A DNA stretch of 64,000 bases from an uncultured Verrucomicrobiae bacterium (GTDB taxonomy: Bacteria > Verrucomicrobiota > Verrucomicrobiia > Chthoniobacterales > Terrimicrobiaceae): NCBI GenBank assembly GCA_963706955.1, contig CAVPOC010000006.1, positions 256,001-320,000 on the forward strand, read 5' to 3'. The position numbers were made by a program, and so were the translations under genes. Below are positions 42,283 to 51,917 of the stretch, one piece after another (position 1 is the first letter of the stretch; each line of letters opens with the position of its first letter). The notes under the pieces are model-generated. The model was not told the origin of the DNA, did not search any database, and saw nothing but the letters and a program-made list of their open reading frames with translations.

Positions 42283-42972
42283 CTAAGCAGTCGGTTTCGA
42301 ATAGATGTGCTGATCGGTTGGAGGACCAGAAACGCCGGAATCGCTAGACAGCTCCTTCTCGCGAACGGAAAAAACCCGCTCGCGGACAACCTTCAGAACT
42401 TTGGCAATGGATTCTTCCACGCTCAAGAGATCAGTGCGCACCTCGAAATCAGGCGACTCGGGCGGTTCGTAAACCGAGGAGATCCCGGTAAAATTTGGAA
42501 TCTCATTGGCTCGCGCGCGTCGATAAAGTCCCTTGGCGTCCCGTGCCTCACAAACAGATAGCGGTGCGTTGACATAGACCTCCAGGAAGCAGCCTGCGGG
42601 CAGAAGATTGCGGGCGCGAGCTCGATCAGCGCGGAAGGGCGAGATCAGAGCTGTCAGGCAGATGAGGCCAGCGCTCGCCATCAGGCTAGAGACAACTCCA
42701 GCACGCCGGACGTTCTCGTGCCGATCTGCCGCGCCGTAACCAAGGTCGTTACAAAGACCGGCACGCAGCAGATCGCCGTCGATCAGAAATGTCCGATAGC
42801 CGAGATCGAATAACCGGCGCTCAACCGACACTGCGAGGGTGGTCTTTCCCGCCCCGCTCAGTCCGGTGAACCACACAACCAATCCGGTCTGTCCGTCCCT
42901 GGCCGCGCGCTCATCCGGCGTTACGCTCAAATGGTCGTCTGGTCGGTTTGTCAGATCTTGAGGACTCGTCAT
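42283..42972 (-). CDS. cysC: Adenylyl-sulfate (APS) kinase
   Basis: WFTGLSGAGKTT, DGD.LR.GL..DLG, ISPF, RDAKGLY, FTGISS.YE. Confidence 0.95.
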   Translation of the reverse strand: MTSPQDLTNRPDDHLSVTPDERAARDGQTGLVVWFTGLSGAGKTTLAVSVERRLFDLGYRTFLIDGDLLRAGLCNDLGYGAADRHENVRRAGVVSSLMASAGLICLTALISPFRADRARARNLLPAGCFLEVYVNAPLSVCEARDAKGLYRRARANEIPNFTGISSVYEPPESPDFEVRTDLLSVEESIAKVLKVVRERVFSVREKELSSDSGVSGPPTDQHIYSKPTA

Positions 42973-43059
42973 CCAAGTGCTTCCTATTTCAAGAGGAAAA
43001 TACGGACGCGGACAGCGTAACATGCTCTCTGCCAGTATTGCCCAAGCGAAGTTGACACC

Positions 43060-43545
43060 TCATGCCGAGGCTGGCTCCTTGAGGACGCCCCGATAGATGC
43101 CGGGCTCGGAGCCTGCAATGAGCGTGGCCCCGACCGAATTTTCAAAAAACGCCACGGGTCCGGCCCAGCCAATAATCGCATACGCATAGCCCTGGGCGCG
43201 CAGCGCCTCCAGGCTGGCGAGCAGCAAGGCTTTGCCGACATGGTGCCTGCGCCATTCCGGAACAACGCCGATCGGTCCCAGGAAATCCGGACAGATCACC
43301 CCATGGCAACTAAACCCGAGCAAGCTGCCTTCGTGCGTCGCAACCGTGCACGCGATTGGCTGGTGGCTAAAGGAGATTTCACATTCGCACGACCACCCGT
43401 CCGTGAACTGCTCGGCTACCCAGCGCGTGATGATTGTTTTTTCCGACGCCAACGCTCGACGAATCGTAACGCCGCTTTCGGCGAGTTGTTCCAAAAGCGG
43501 CGCGCTCGAGGGTAGATCGTAAAGTTTGACGAGCAGGTCGGACAT
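43060..43545 (-). CDS. GNAT family N-acetyltransferase
   Basis: DLLVKLYDL, GPIGV..EWR...VGKALL, GYAYAIIG. Confidence 0.88.
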   Translation of the reverse strand: MSDLLVKLYDLPSSAPLLEQLAESGVTIRRALASEKTIITRWVAEQFTDGWSCECEISFSHQPIACTVATHEGSLLGFSCHGVICPDFLGPIGVVPEWRRHHVGKALLLASLEALRAQGYAYAIIGWAGPVAFFENSVGATLIAGSEPGIYRGVLKEPASA

Positions 43546-44318
43546 CAGCGTTTGACGAGAACCTTCACGTCGAAGGCATACTCCATTCGAGTTCCTGCCG
43601 GTCGCGCACGCATGCGGCCAACGGCACCCAGCGGATCGTCTTCACCCCAGTAGAGATCAATTTGGAGAGGATGTAAACCTCCGCCAGTATCTTCAACCCG
43701 CCACTCGCTGCTTCCGGTCACCTCCTCGACGGTGGGCGACTGAATGCGGAGCATTTGTCCGCGTCGAAGAAAGGGATTTTTTTTCGAGACAGCGCAAGAA
43801 ACCCGCGGAACCAGGACGTTCCCACGATTGCCCAAAGCGGCCTTGGCAAACTGATAACGACCGCCTCCCACGTATTGAAGGTAGGCCCGGCCGTTAACCA
43901 GCTCGCTCAGTCGGCCAAAGCCTTCGCGCTTTACCGCTTCGAGAAAGGCAGCTGGATACTTTCGCCCCTTCAGACCCGGCGCGGAGATCCCGGTATCGTC
44001 AAAGCCTCGTTCGGCGGTGAAACCCGACTCGCGCGGCGTGTAGTAGAGCGTGCAGTAGTAGACTCGATATGCTTTCCCGTCGGCGGTCTCTTCGGTTGGT
44101 GCTGTCTCGAGCAGGCGCCGGAGGTCATTGCGCATCTGATTGCGAAAGGCTCGCAGCTCGCTGTCACTCATCGAATCGGTGGCGAATTGGGGCTCAGCGC
44201 TCACTGCGCATATGGTCAGTGCGAAAGCGAAAAGACTGCCAAGCCAGTGATTGCACACGAAGGTCTCGACCGGCCCTGCTTGTCTCGTGATCACGGATTT
44301 TTCAGCGTGCTTTTGCAT
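43545..44318 (-). CDS. Secreted protein with 3D (MltA-like) domain
   Basis: Hydrophobic leader; TLYYTP.E; EDTGGG....IDLYWG. Confidence 0.6.
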   Translation of the reverse strand: MQKHAEKSVITRQAGPVETFVCNHWLGSLFAFALTICAVSAEPQFATDSMSDSELRAFRNQMRNDLRRLLETAPTEETADGKAYRVYYCTLYYTPRESGFTAERGFDDTGISAPGLKGRKYPAAFLEAVKREGFGRLSELVNGRAYLQYVGGGRYQFAKAALGNRGNVLVPRVSCAVSKKNPFLRRGQMLRIQSPTVEEVTGSSEWRVEDTGGGLHPLQIDLYWGEDDPLGAVGRMRARPAGTRMEYAFDVKVLVKR

Positions 44319-44323
44319 TGTCC

Positions 44324-45415
44324 CTAAGAAATGAACAACGAGTCGACCGGACCGCCGATAAGAACTTCAATCGGCAAGCGTTTGTACTCATATTCGTAGG
44401 GAGGCGGTTTCCACTCAAATTTGGCGGCATAGCTCGCCTGTGTATACCTGATAATCTCGACGCCCGTGCGGAAAGGAAGGAAACGGTCGCGATCTGTGAT
44501 ATGAAGCTGCGCCCCGGCACATGTCTCCCCCGCATACTTGTGAAAGGTAGGCAGGAAGTAAGCTTCACGAAAATAGACACCGGGTAATGCGAGTGCGTTC
44601 AACCCGGCTGCAAATTCCTCGCCGCGGATCCAAGGAGCGCCGAAAAGCTCGAACGGCCGACTGGTGCCGCGACCCTCGGAGATGTTGGTTGCCTCCAGCA
44701 GGCACATGCCAGCATAGACTGTTGCCGTTTCGAGCGTCGGCATATTCGGAGACGGCAGCACCCAGGGCAGCCCTGTTTGGTCGAACCACATCGAGCGTTT
44801 CCAACCTTCCATCGGTAACACCTCCAATTTGCATTCCGGGAATGCTTCGTCTCGAAACTGGATTGCTAGTTCTCCGATCGTTTTTCCATGTCGAACCGAT
44901 ATCGGATGAAGTCCGACAAAGGACCGATAAGAGGTATCTGGTAATGCTCCCTCGATGGTGGTGCCATTGATCGGATTTGGTCGGTCGCAAACCAGGACCG
45001 GGATTCCGCGGCCGCTACAAGCTTTCATGCACAAGTACATCGTCCAGATAAACGTGTAATAGCGCGTCCCGATGTCCTGCATGTCAATGAACAGGGCATC
45101 TAGTCCCCGGAGCATACCGTCGGTCGGCTCGCGGTTTTCGCCGTAAAGGCTGTGCACCGGGATACCTAAACGCGGGTGCCTGTAACCTTCCCATTCGATC
45201 ATGTTATCCTGCGTCTGTCCCAAGTAGCCGTGCTGGGGACCAAACAACGCAGCTAACCGAAACAGCCTTGGGCTGAGGCTTTCGAGGATTCGCGAAGAAT
45301 GCGCAAGTGTGGCCGAAACGGATGCCGGATGAAGCACCGCGCCGATCCTGGTCCCGCGCAGATTGCGGGGCCAGAGTTCAGGCAGACGATCGATGGGAAG
45401 TCGCACCGCATTCAT
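44324..45415 (-). CDS. namZ: Exo-beta-N-acetylmuramidase NamZ (DUF1343)
   Basis: LFGPQHG, SLYG, DMQDIGTRYYTFI, DRPNP, RHGKTIGELA, PSPNMP, SEGRGT..PFE. Confidence 0.88.
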   Translation of the reverse strand: MNAVRLPIDRLPELWPRNLRGTRIGAVLHPASVSATLAHSSRILESLSPRLFRLAALFGPQHGYLGQTQDNMIEWEGYRHPRLGIPVHSLYGENREPTDGMLRGLDALFIDMQDIGTRYYTFIWTMYLCMKACSGRGIPVLVCDRPNPINGTTIEGALPDTSYRSFVGLHPISVRHGKTIGELAIQFRDEAFPECKLEVLPMEGWKRSMWFDQTGLPWVLPSPNMPTLETATVYAGMCLLEATNISEGRGTSRPFELFGAPWIRGEEFAAGLNALALPGVYFREAYFLPTFHKYAGETCAGAQLHITDRDRFLPFRTGVEIIRYTQASYAAKFEWKPPPYEYEYKRLPIEVLIGGPVDSLFIS

Positions 45416-45447
45416 CCATTTGAAAGTTTCACGGGGCCGCTCGACTG

Positions 45448-46227
45448 CTAGGCCCCGCCACGTGAGTGGATGATCTGTCCGTTGATCCATTCCGCCTCTG
45501 GGGAAGCCAAGAACCGGACAATCCGAGCCGCATCCTCCGGCGAGCCGATTCGCCCCATCGGTGACTCGGCCTTCCATTTGGCCTTAAGTTCCGCGGGAAT
45601 CCAGCCCGTATCCGTCGCGCCTGGATCGACCGCGTTTACGGTGATTCCGAGGCTCGCAATCGCTGCGCTGAGGCTCCGTGTGAAGGCATCCACGGCGCCC
45701 TTCGTCGCCGCATAGGCCAACTCACCCGGCATCGGCGCGAGTCCTTGTCCCGACGAGAGATTGATGATCCGTCCATGCACGCCTTGGGTGCGAATCGCCC
45801 GGAAGCGTCGCACGAATTCGGCACACAACAATGCCATCGCTCGAACATTGACAACGTAATGCTGGTCGATGTGTTCTGGACTGAGCGTTTCAATGCCATC
45901 GCGCAGCGAACACGTGGCATTGTTTACCAGGATGGAAATCTGTCCGCAGCGGGCCTCGGCGCAGTCAAACAGCTCCTCCGCCGCCTTCGGATCGGAAAGA
46001 TCCAATTCAAGACCTTCGGCGCGGATGTTCCAGGCACGCAGGTCATCGAGAATTTTTTGCGGCTCATCAGGATCGCCCGGAAGTCCGACCGAACGATCGT
46101 AGGGGCGATAGTAAGTAATAAAGACATTGGCGCCATCTCGAGCCAGGGCTCGAGCGATCGCGGCACCTATTCCTGCTTGCCGACTGACGCCCGTGATGAG
46201 GGCGGAACGACGAATGGGCGGATCCAT
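45448..46227 (-). CDS. Short-chain dehydrogenase/reductase
   Basis: TGVSR..GIG, LVNNA, YAATK, VDPG.TDTGW. Confidence 0.92.
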   Translation of the reverse strand: MDPPIRRSALITGVSRQAGIGAAIARALARDGANVFITYYRPYDRSVGLPGDPDEPQKILDDLRAWNIRAEGLELDLSDPKAAEELFDCAEARCGQISILVNNATCSLRDGIETLSPEHIDQHYVVNVRAMALLCAEFVRRFRAIRTQGVHGRIINLSSGQGLAPMPGELAYAATKGAVDAFTRSLSAAIASLGITVNAVDPGATDTGWIPAELKAKWKAESPMGRIGSPEDAARIVRFLASPEAEWINGQIIHSRGGA

Positions 46228-46259
46228 CCCGATCCCAGCGTCTTACCAACGGGGAAGGC

Positions 46260-46643
46260 TCAAACCGCCTGCGACTTGCGCTTGTGGATCGTGATGCCGT
46301 TCCCGTCGGGATCCGTGATGAGAGCAAAGTCACAGACCGGAGTTTCAATATGATCGGCAACAAAGGTCACCCCAGCTTGTCTTAGTTCGGAAACTGTCGC
46401 GTCTAAATCCGGCACCTCGAACGCCACACTCGGTCCGCTTGCTCCGGACGGCTCCCACGCGTTTGATATGGCGAGCGTCATATTGCCCAACTCATATTCG
46501 ATCCATTGCTTCCCCGGCATGCCGTCGATTTCACTGTCAATGTCGCCAGGGGAAAGGCCGAGGACGTTCTCATAAAAATTTCTGGCGCGAGGAATGTCTG
46601 AGACAGGGTAGGCGACAAACGCGACTTCGGTGATTCGTATCAT
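46260..46643 (-). CDS. VOC/glyoxalase family protein
   Basis: VSDIPRARNFYENVLGL, VAFEV.DLD, ITDPDGN. Confidence 0.9.
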   Translation of the reverse strand: MIRITEVAFVAYPVSDIPRARNFYENVLGLSPGDIDSEIDGMPGKQWIEYELGNMTLAISNAWEPSGASGPSVAFEVPDLDATVSELRQAGVTFVADHIETPVCDFALITDPDGNGITIHKRKSQAV

Positions 46644-46749
46644 AGGATCTGGTTAGCTTTTCGAGAGCAAACGTCTTCTGAAAGTAGCGATCAGGCAACT
46701 CAGTTAATTTCGCCAGGCCAGCGGGGAGTCTGCGGGCGCCGTTAACCTC

Positions 46750-48879
46750 TCAATTACTTGATTTTGGTAATTTTTTTGGCACACGGCGTTTCCATTCCAC
46801 TTCAGCGGATGATTCTCGATCAAATAAGTCCCGGGCGATCGCCTTAAACTCGAGCTCAGATGCCGAGGGGATTGCGTCGCGGGTAGGGAAAATCTGATAG
46901 GGAGGCGAATCAGCTGTGCCAAGAAATTGGTAGTCGGCGGACCCTTTGGCCCGGACGCCAAAGGCGATTGCAACCACTTGATCTTTGCCAGGATCGGCTT
47001 GGATCTGCCACCGATCATCGATCTCGCTGGTTCGGTTTACGGTGACTTGAAGTTGTGGAGCAGCTTCTGAACGCGGTGCGATTGGCCGCGAGTTTCGGAG
47101 CACTGTAACCGACAAGGGAGGAAGCTCGACGGAAAGCTTACCCTCCTGGAGTGCCTCAAAACGAACTCCCTCCTTGGCAGATGCAAAGAGCGGTTCCCAA
47201 TGGTCGGATGTGGAAAGGGTTTGAATCTCAGCTGTGGCTCGCTCGGGGGAATTGTTCAAGACAACCAAAATCTCGTTCGGATTGTTTCGGTCGATTCGCG
47301 ACACCGCGAAGATGCCCGGTTGCTCGGCAGCATAGCGCACCATCTGAATTCCACTTTGCAAGGCTTGATGTTGTTGCCGGACGGAGATCATCTCCCGAAT
47401 GGCTCTAAAGAGCGGATGGTCCTCGTTGAACGCTGGCTCCGCTCCGTTGCCGCCGCCCAGTCTCTTCTCCTCGACGAAATCCGCTACCTTGGAGCCGAAC
47501 ATGTCTTGTCGAGCTGCGGCATCGCCTCCCTTCCCGATGAATCCCTGTTCGTCTCCATAATAGATTACCGGTATGCCGCGAGTAAAGAGAAGCAGAGCAT
47601 GAGCGAGGATATCTCGTGCGAGCAATTCGTCGTCGGAAGCCGTTGGTAGCTCCTTTGCCAGGAGGTAAGCGATTCTGCCGACATCATGATTGCCTAGGAA
47701 GGTGACCAATCCATAAGCGTTCGTGTGCGGCGTGGTATAATAGCCATCCTTGGCGAAGAACTCCGCAAGCTTACTCGGCGCGGCAAGCCCGGTGGCAAAC
47801 TTAAGCGCCGCTGCCGCGAATCCAAAGTCCAAGATCGATGGCATGCTCGCGCGATGCACAAACTCCGAAAGCAGTGCTGGATCTGGATCGTAGACTTCAC
47901 CGAAGATGAAAAAGTCCTTTCGCGATGATTGCGCGGCTTGTGCTTGCATTGCAGGCACGAAGCGATTCCAGAACTCGTTGTTGACGTGCTTAGCCGTGTC
48001 GAGGCGAAAACCGGAAATGGCAAAGTTCGCAATCCAATCGTCGTAGATGTCGATCATTCCCTGGACCACCCGAGGTTGTTCTGTGAAGAGATCATCAAGA
48101 CCAGCGACGTCTCCATACAGCGCGCTCTCGCCGCCGCTTTGTATTTCGCCTCGATTGTGATACGCGGTCGGATCGTTTAACCATGCCGGGACTTTGATCT
48201 CGCGGTCCTGCTCGCTTCGGATCATGGGCGCAATGGGAAATCCACTAGCGTCAACTAGCTTTGGGAAATCGGGACGATCGATGTAGTCGCGGTCGTCGAA
48301 AGGATTCCCATTGGCATCGACGTATGGCTTCGAAAACTTGTATTGGTAACCGGAGGCGCCATCTTTAGGTTCGATGACGTCCGCGGTATGATTGACGACG
48401 ATATCGAGGATAATTTCGATTCCGCGTTGGTTTGCTTTGGCAACAAGTTCTTCCAGCTCCGCTTTGGTGCCGAAGTGGGGATCAATTTCCGTGAAATCAA
48501 GGATCCAGTATCCATGGTATCCTGTTCTGACTGGCTTTCCCTCTTCGAAGGATTGGACGGCGCGATTGCGGAAAATTGGGGTCGTCCAAATGGAGGTGAT
48601 TCCCAGGTGATGAAGGTAGTCCAATTTAGCTTGGATGCCGGCAAGGTCGCCACCATGGAAGGAATACATCCCGGCGGGGTCAAATCCGCTTTCTCCCACC
48701 CCACCAGAGATTCCACCGGCATCGTTCTCCGCGTTGCCATTGGCAAAACGGTCGGGCATGAGAAAGTAGATTACTTCTTGCTGGCGCGGTGATCTGACAC
48801 TGTGCTGAAAAAAACTCTCCTCGGCGAATGCTCCCGAGGCGAGCAACAGGCATGCGATGCAAAAAAGGCTGCTTCTCAT
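46750..48879 (-). CDS. Secreted GH13 alpha-amylase-family glycoside hydrolase
   Basis: YFLMPDRFANG, GGDLAG, GYHGYW, DIVVNHTAD, GFRLDTAKHV, FGEV, FLGNHD. Confidence 0.92.
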   Translation of the reverse strand: MRSSLFCIACLLLASGAFAEESFFQHSVRSPRQQEVIYFLMPDRFANGNAENDAGGISGGVGESGFDPAGMYSFHGGDLAGIQAKLDYLHHLGITSIWTTPIFRNRAVQSFEEGKPVRTGYHGYWILDFTEIDPHFGTKAELEELVAKANQRGIEIILDIVVNHTADVIEPKDGASGYQYKFSKPYVDANGNPFDDRDYIDRPDFPKLVDASGFPIAPMIRSEQDREIKVPAWLNDPTAYHNRGEIQSGGESALYGDVAGLDDLFTEQPRVVQGMIDIYDDWIANFAISGFRLDTAKHVNNEFWNRFVPAMQAQAAQSSRKDFFIFGEVYDPDPALLSEFVHRASMPSILDFGFAAAALKFATGLAAPSKLAEFFAKDGYYTTPHTNAYGLVTFLGNHDVGRIAYLLAKELPTASDDELLARDILAHALLLFTRGIPVIYYGDEQGFIGKGGDAAARQDMFGSKVADFVEEKRLGGGNGAEPAFNEDHPLFRAIREMISVRQQHQALQSGIQMVRYAAEQPGIFAVSRIDRNNPNEILVVLNNSPERATAEIQTLSTSDHWEPLFASAKEGVRFEALQEGKLSVELPPLSVTVLRNSRPIAPRSEAAPQLQVTVNRTSEIDDRWQIQADPGKDQVVAIAFGVRAKGSADYQFLGTADSPPYQIFPTRDAIPSASELEFKAIARDLFDRESSAEVEWKRRVPKKLPKSSN

Positions 48880-48947
48880 CCGGGTGGTCCTGCGCGCAAA
48901 TCAAGGCTCCTGTCGAAGATTGTTGGGCAGAACGAGAAAAAAGCAAT

Positions 48948-49292
48948 CTAGCGCAGGAGAACTCCGGCAACGAGGGAGAGAACTACAAGAGCAGTCGACC
49001 AGCGGATCTTCCTGACCAGGAAGAGCAGTTCGGGCTTTTCCGCCAGCCACGGTGGCGTTTTAAACAGCACATCGCAGACAAGCCCCAGCTGCGCAACCAT
49101 GCCCTGCGCCCAGTTTGCGTTATCAGGAACGTAAAACATCCCCACAGGTCGGCGGAGAGCCACCCATTCTTCTTTGTGATTCTCATGCAACATCCTGACA
49201 AGCCGATCTATGGTCAGGCAGTAGAACAGGAGCGAAGCCAGTCCTACCGCGCTTGAGAAGCCGAGGATTCCCTCAACGGTGGCGGTATTCAC
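48948..49292 (-). CDS. Small hypothetical two-TM membrane protein
   Basis: Two hydrophobic segments flanking LHENHKEEWVALRRP; no family recognised. Confidence 0.6.
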   Translation of the reverse strand: MNTATVEGILGFSSAVGLASLLFYCLTIDRLVRMLHENHKEEWVALRRPVGMFYVPDNANWAQGMVAQLGLVCDVLFKTPPWLAEKPELLFLVRKIRWSTALVVLSLVAGVLLR

Positions 49293-49310
49293 GTTAGCCT
49301 GCTAAGACTC

Positions 49311-49461
49311 AACCACAGAGGACACAGAGATCACTGAGGAAGGTCATGAAGGCGCGCTTGGGGCTCTCGAACATTAAGGCTCTCTACGCCGATCGCCCAC
49401 CCGAGAAGATTCACCAGTCTCCTTGTGAGGAAGCTCCGTGTTCTCTGTGTCCTCCGTGGTT
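49311..49461. repeat. REP-like 28-bp inverted repeat pair
   Basis: AACCACAGAGGACACAGAGATCACTGAG (49311-49338) versus the reverse complement of 49434-49461, 3 mismatches. Confidence 0.8.
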
Positions 49462-49758
49462 AATGTTTCGTCTGGCATCCTTTCCCGAGCCAAAGCCGAC
49501 CATGCTACCGCCCTTGGTGGGGGAGCAGGTCGCCGAACCTGTCCGGAACCAAGTCCGGGAGTGAGGGTGGAAGCCGACCACGAATGCCGATCTGCTGGCA
49601 AATGACAACCCAAAGAACATCTCATCGCAAGCTCCGCAATGTGCGGTAATGCGATCGCGCCTTGCTGACGACAGCGCTCCCACGGCTTGGATCTCTTGGG
49701 AGACGAGCCCCATTGCGGTCGAGCGTTCTTGCGCGGCGATGTTCGCTCGAGCTGTCAG

Positions 49759-51537
49759 CTAATCGAGAAGCTCGACGTAATGTGAGCGGACCACTTCCAT
49801 GCACCGACTCAGGATCGCTTCTCCGGTTTCGAGTTCGAGCACTTCGCTCGCCAGCGCTTCGCATACCGGCATCGAAAGGCATTGAACCGCCTTCTTTACC
49901 CGCGGGACAACCGTGCTGCTGGCGCTGAGTTCATCGACTCCGAGGCCGAGGAGCAGTGGAGTCAGTTGAATGTCGCCGGCCATCTCGCCGCAGACGCCGG
50001 TCCAAATGGTGTGGCGGCGGGCCGCATCTACGACGTTTTTGATCAGGCGGATGATGGCGGGGTGAGTCGGTTCATAGAGATGTGCGATATGATCGTTCCC
50101 TCTGTCGACCGCGATGGCGTACTGAATAAGATCGTTGGTTCCGATGCTAAAGAATTTCACCTCCCGCGCGAGATGATCCGCCGAGAGGGCGGCACTGGGG
50201 ACTTCGATCATGATGCCCACCTCAATGTCGGGATTGAACTCCGCTCCTTCGTCGCGCAGCTCCCTTCGGCATTCATCGAGAATGGCGTTGGCGCGTCGCA
50301 GTTCTTCAATGCCGGAGATCATTGGATACATGATGCGCACGTTTCCAACAGCCGCCGCCCGTAAGATAGCCCTCAGCTGCGGCTTAAAGATCTCCGGGTG
50401 CTGCAAGCAGAAGCGAATTGCTCTGCAGCCAAGAAAAGGATTCTGCTCATGCTCCAGTTGCAGGCTTTCTGAGGGTTTATCTCCTCCAATATCCAGCGTT
50501 CGGATGATCACGGAATAGGGCTGCGATCGCTCAGCAACGAGACGATAATTCTCGTATTGCTCAGCTTCATCAGGCGGCTTGCTGCGGTTTAGGTAGAGAA
50601 ATTCCGTGCGATAGAGTCCGACACCTTCGGCGCCGCTTCCAGAGACGTCGTCGAGTTCCTCGGGCAGTTCAATGTTTGCCGAAAGAATAATGTGCCGGCC
50701 ATCGCTCGTTGTCGAAGCCGTGTCGCGAATCAGTCCCAGGCGTTGGGCGACTTGGACCTTCCGCTGTTCGATCCTTCCGTACTCCAGGAGAGTCTCTTCG
50801 GTGGGATTGAGGATGAGAACGCCGGTATAACCATCGAGAAGAATGTCGTCCCCGCTCGAGAGGCCGCTGCAAAGGTCATGGACGCCGACAACCGCGGGAA
50901 TATCCATCGATCGAGCCATGATCGCGGTATGCGAAGTCTTGCTCCCCTGTTCGGTAGCAAAACCAAGGACAAGCGCGCGATTGATCGACGCGGTGTCCGA
51001 CGGGGTCAGATTCCGGGCGACAATAATGTGCGGCTTGTCTTCGGTGGCAATCACCCGCGGCGCTTTACCGAGGAGGTGTCGAATCACCCTGCGGGCGACG
51101 TCCTCGATATCAACGACGCGCTCACGAAGATACGGATCGTCGATGGCGCCGAGTGTGCGGCAATACTTCTCAGCCACCTGATGAAAGGTGTATTCGACAT
51201 TGTGCCTCTCTTTTTCAAGATTCCGGAGCACCTCGTCGATGAGCGTGCGGTCTTCAACCACCAAAAGATGCGCATCAAAAATCCCCGCATCCTTGGTTCC
51301 GATCGCATCGGCGATTCGCTGCTGAATCTCGAGCAACTCGGCGCGAGTGGCAATCAGAGCCGATTCAAACCGCGCAATCTCCTCCGGTAATTCTTCTCCA
51401 GAAATGGTGCGAAAGGGAATTTCTTCGTCGTCGAGCCAGTGGACGATGACCCGGCCGTGAGCGATGCCGGACGCTACAGGAACTCCTTGAAAGCGCGTTT
51501 CTTGTTTGCTCTGGGGATGACTTCCACTCACGCCCAA
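49759..51537 (-). CDS. ptsI: PTS enzyme I (PEP-protein phosphotransferase)
   Basis: TSHTAIMAR (phospho-His), GLYRTEF, RTLDIGGDK, NPFLG.RAIR, SIGTNDLIQY, CGEMAG. Confidence 0.96.
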   Translation of the reverse strand: MGVSGSHPQSKQETRFQGVPVASGIAHGRVIVHWLDDEEIPFRTISGEELPEEIARFESALIATRAELLEIQQRIADAIGTKDAGIFDAHLLVVEDRTLIDEVLRNLEKERHNVEYTFHQVAEKYCRTLGAIDDPYLRERVVDIEDVARRVIRHLLGKAPRVIATEDKPHIIVARNLTPSDTASINRALVLGFATEQGSKTSHTAIMARSMDIPAVVGVHDLCSGLSSGDDILLDGYTGVLILNPTEETLLEYGRIEQRKVQVAQRLGLIRDTASTTSDGRHIILSANIELPEELDDVSGSGAEGVGLYRTEFLYLNRSKPPDEAEQYENYRLVAERSQPYSVIIRTLDIGGDKPSESLQLEHEQNPFLGCRAIRFCLQHPEIFKPQLRAILRAAAVGNVRIMYPMISGIEELRRANAILDECRRELRDEGAEFNPDIEVGIMIEVPSAALSADHLAREVKFFSIGTNDLIQYAIAVDRGNDHIAHLYEPTHPAIIRLIKNVVDAARRHTIWTGVCGEMAGDIQLTPLLLGLGVDELSASSTVVPRVKKAVQCLSMPVCEALASEVLELETGEAILSRCMEVVRSHYVELLD

Positions 51538-51608
51538 GGCGTAGCACGTTTTGTCAACGATGGAACGGGAAAAAACCGCCCGGCATCACCCCATTGCCGT
51601 TCGCCAAT

Positions 51609-51917
51609 CTATTCCTCGCCGAAGCGGGTCTGCACCAGATTTTCTATTTCGGCAATGACCTTATCAGCATCCGCCCCTTCGGCGATAAGAGAGAGCTTCG
51701 ACCCTTTTCCCGCGGCTAGCATCATCAGGCCCATGATGCTCTTGCCATTGACGCGCTCGCCATCTTTTTCTACCCAAACGTCGGCCCGAAATCGACTGGA
51801 GATCTTTACGAACATGGCGGCCGGACGGGCGTGGAGCCCGTTACGGTTCTGGATCACGATCTCCTTGGTGCAACGGAGAACGTCGTCAGTCTGTTTTTTT
51901 CGGGAGAGAAGACCCAT
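51609..51917 (-). CDS. ptsH: Phosphocarrier protein HPr
   Basis: GLHARPAA, NGKSIMGLMMLAA. Confidence 0.95.
   Translation of the reverse strand: MGLLSRKKQTDDVLRCTKEIVIQNRNGLHARPAAMFVKISSRFRADVWVEKDGERVNGKSIMGLMMLAAGKGSKLSLIAEGADADKVIAEIENLVQTRFGEE

Noticed and set aside
49470..49750. SRP or 6S RNA, or a small CDS, after ptsI
   Set aside because: No CAGGTCCGGAAGGAAGCAGC SRP core, no convincing 6S rod, and the ORFs resemble no family I know
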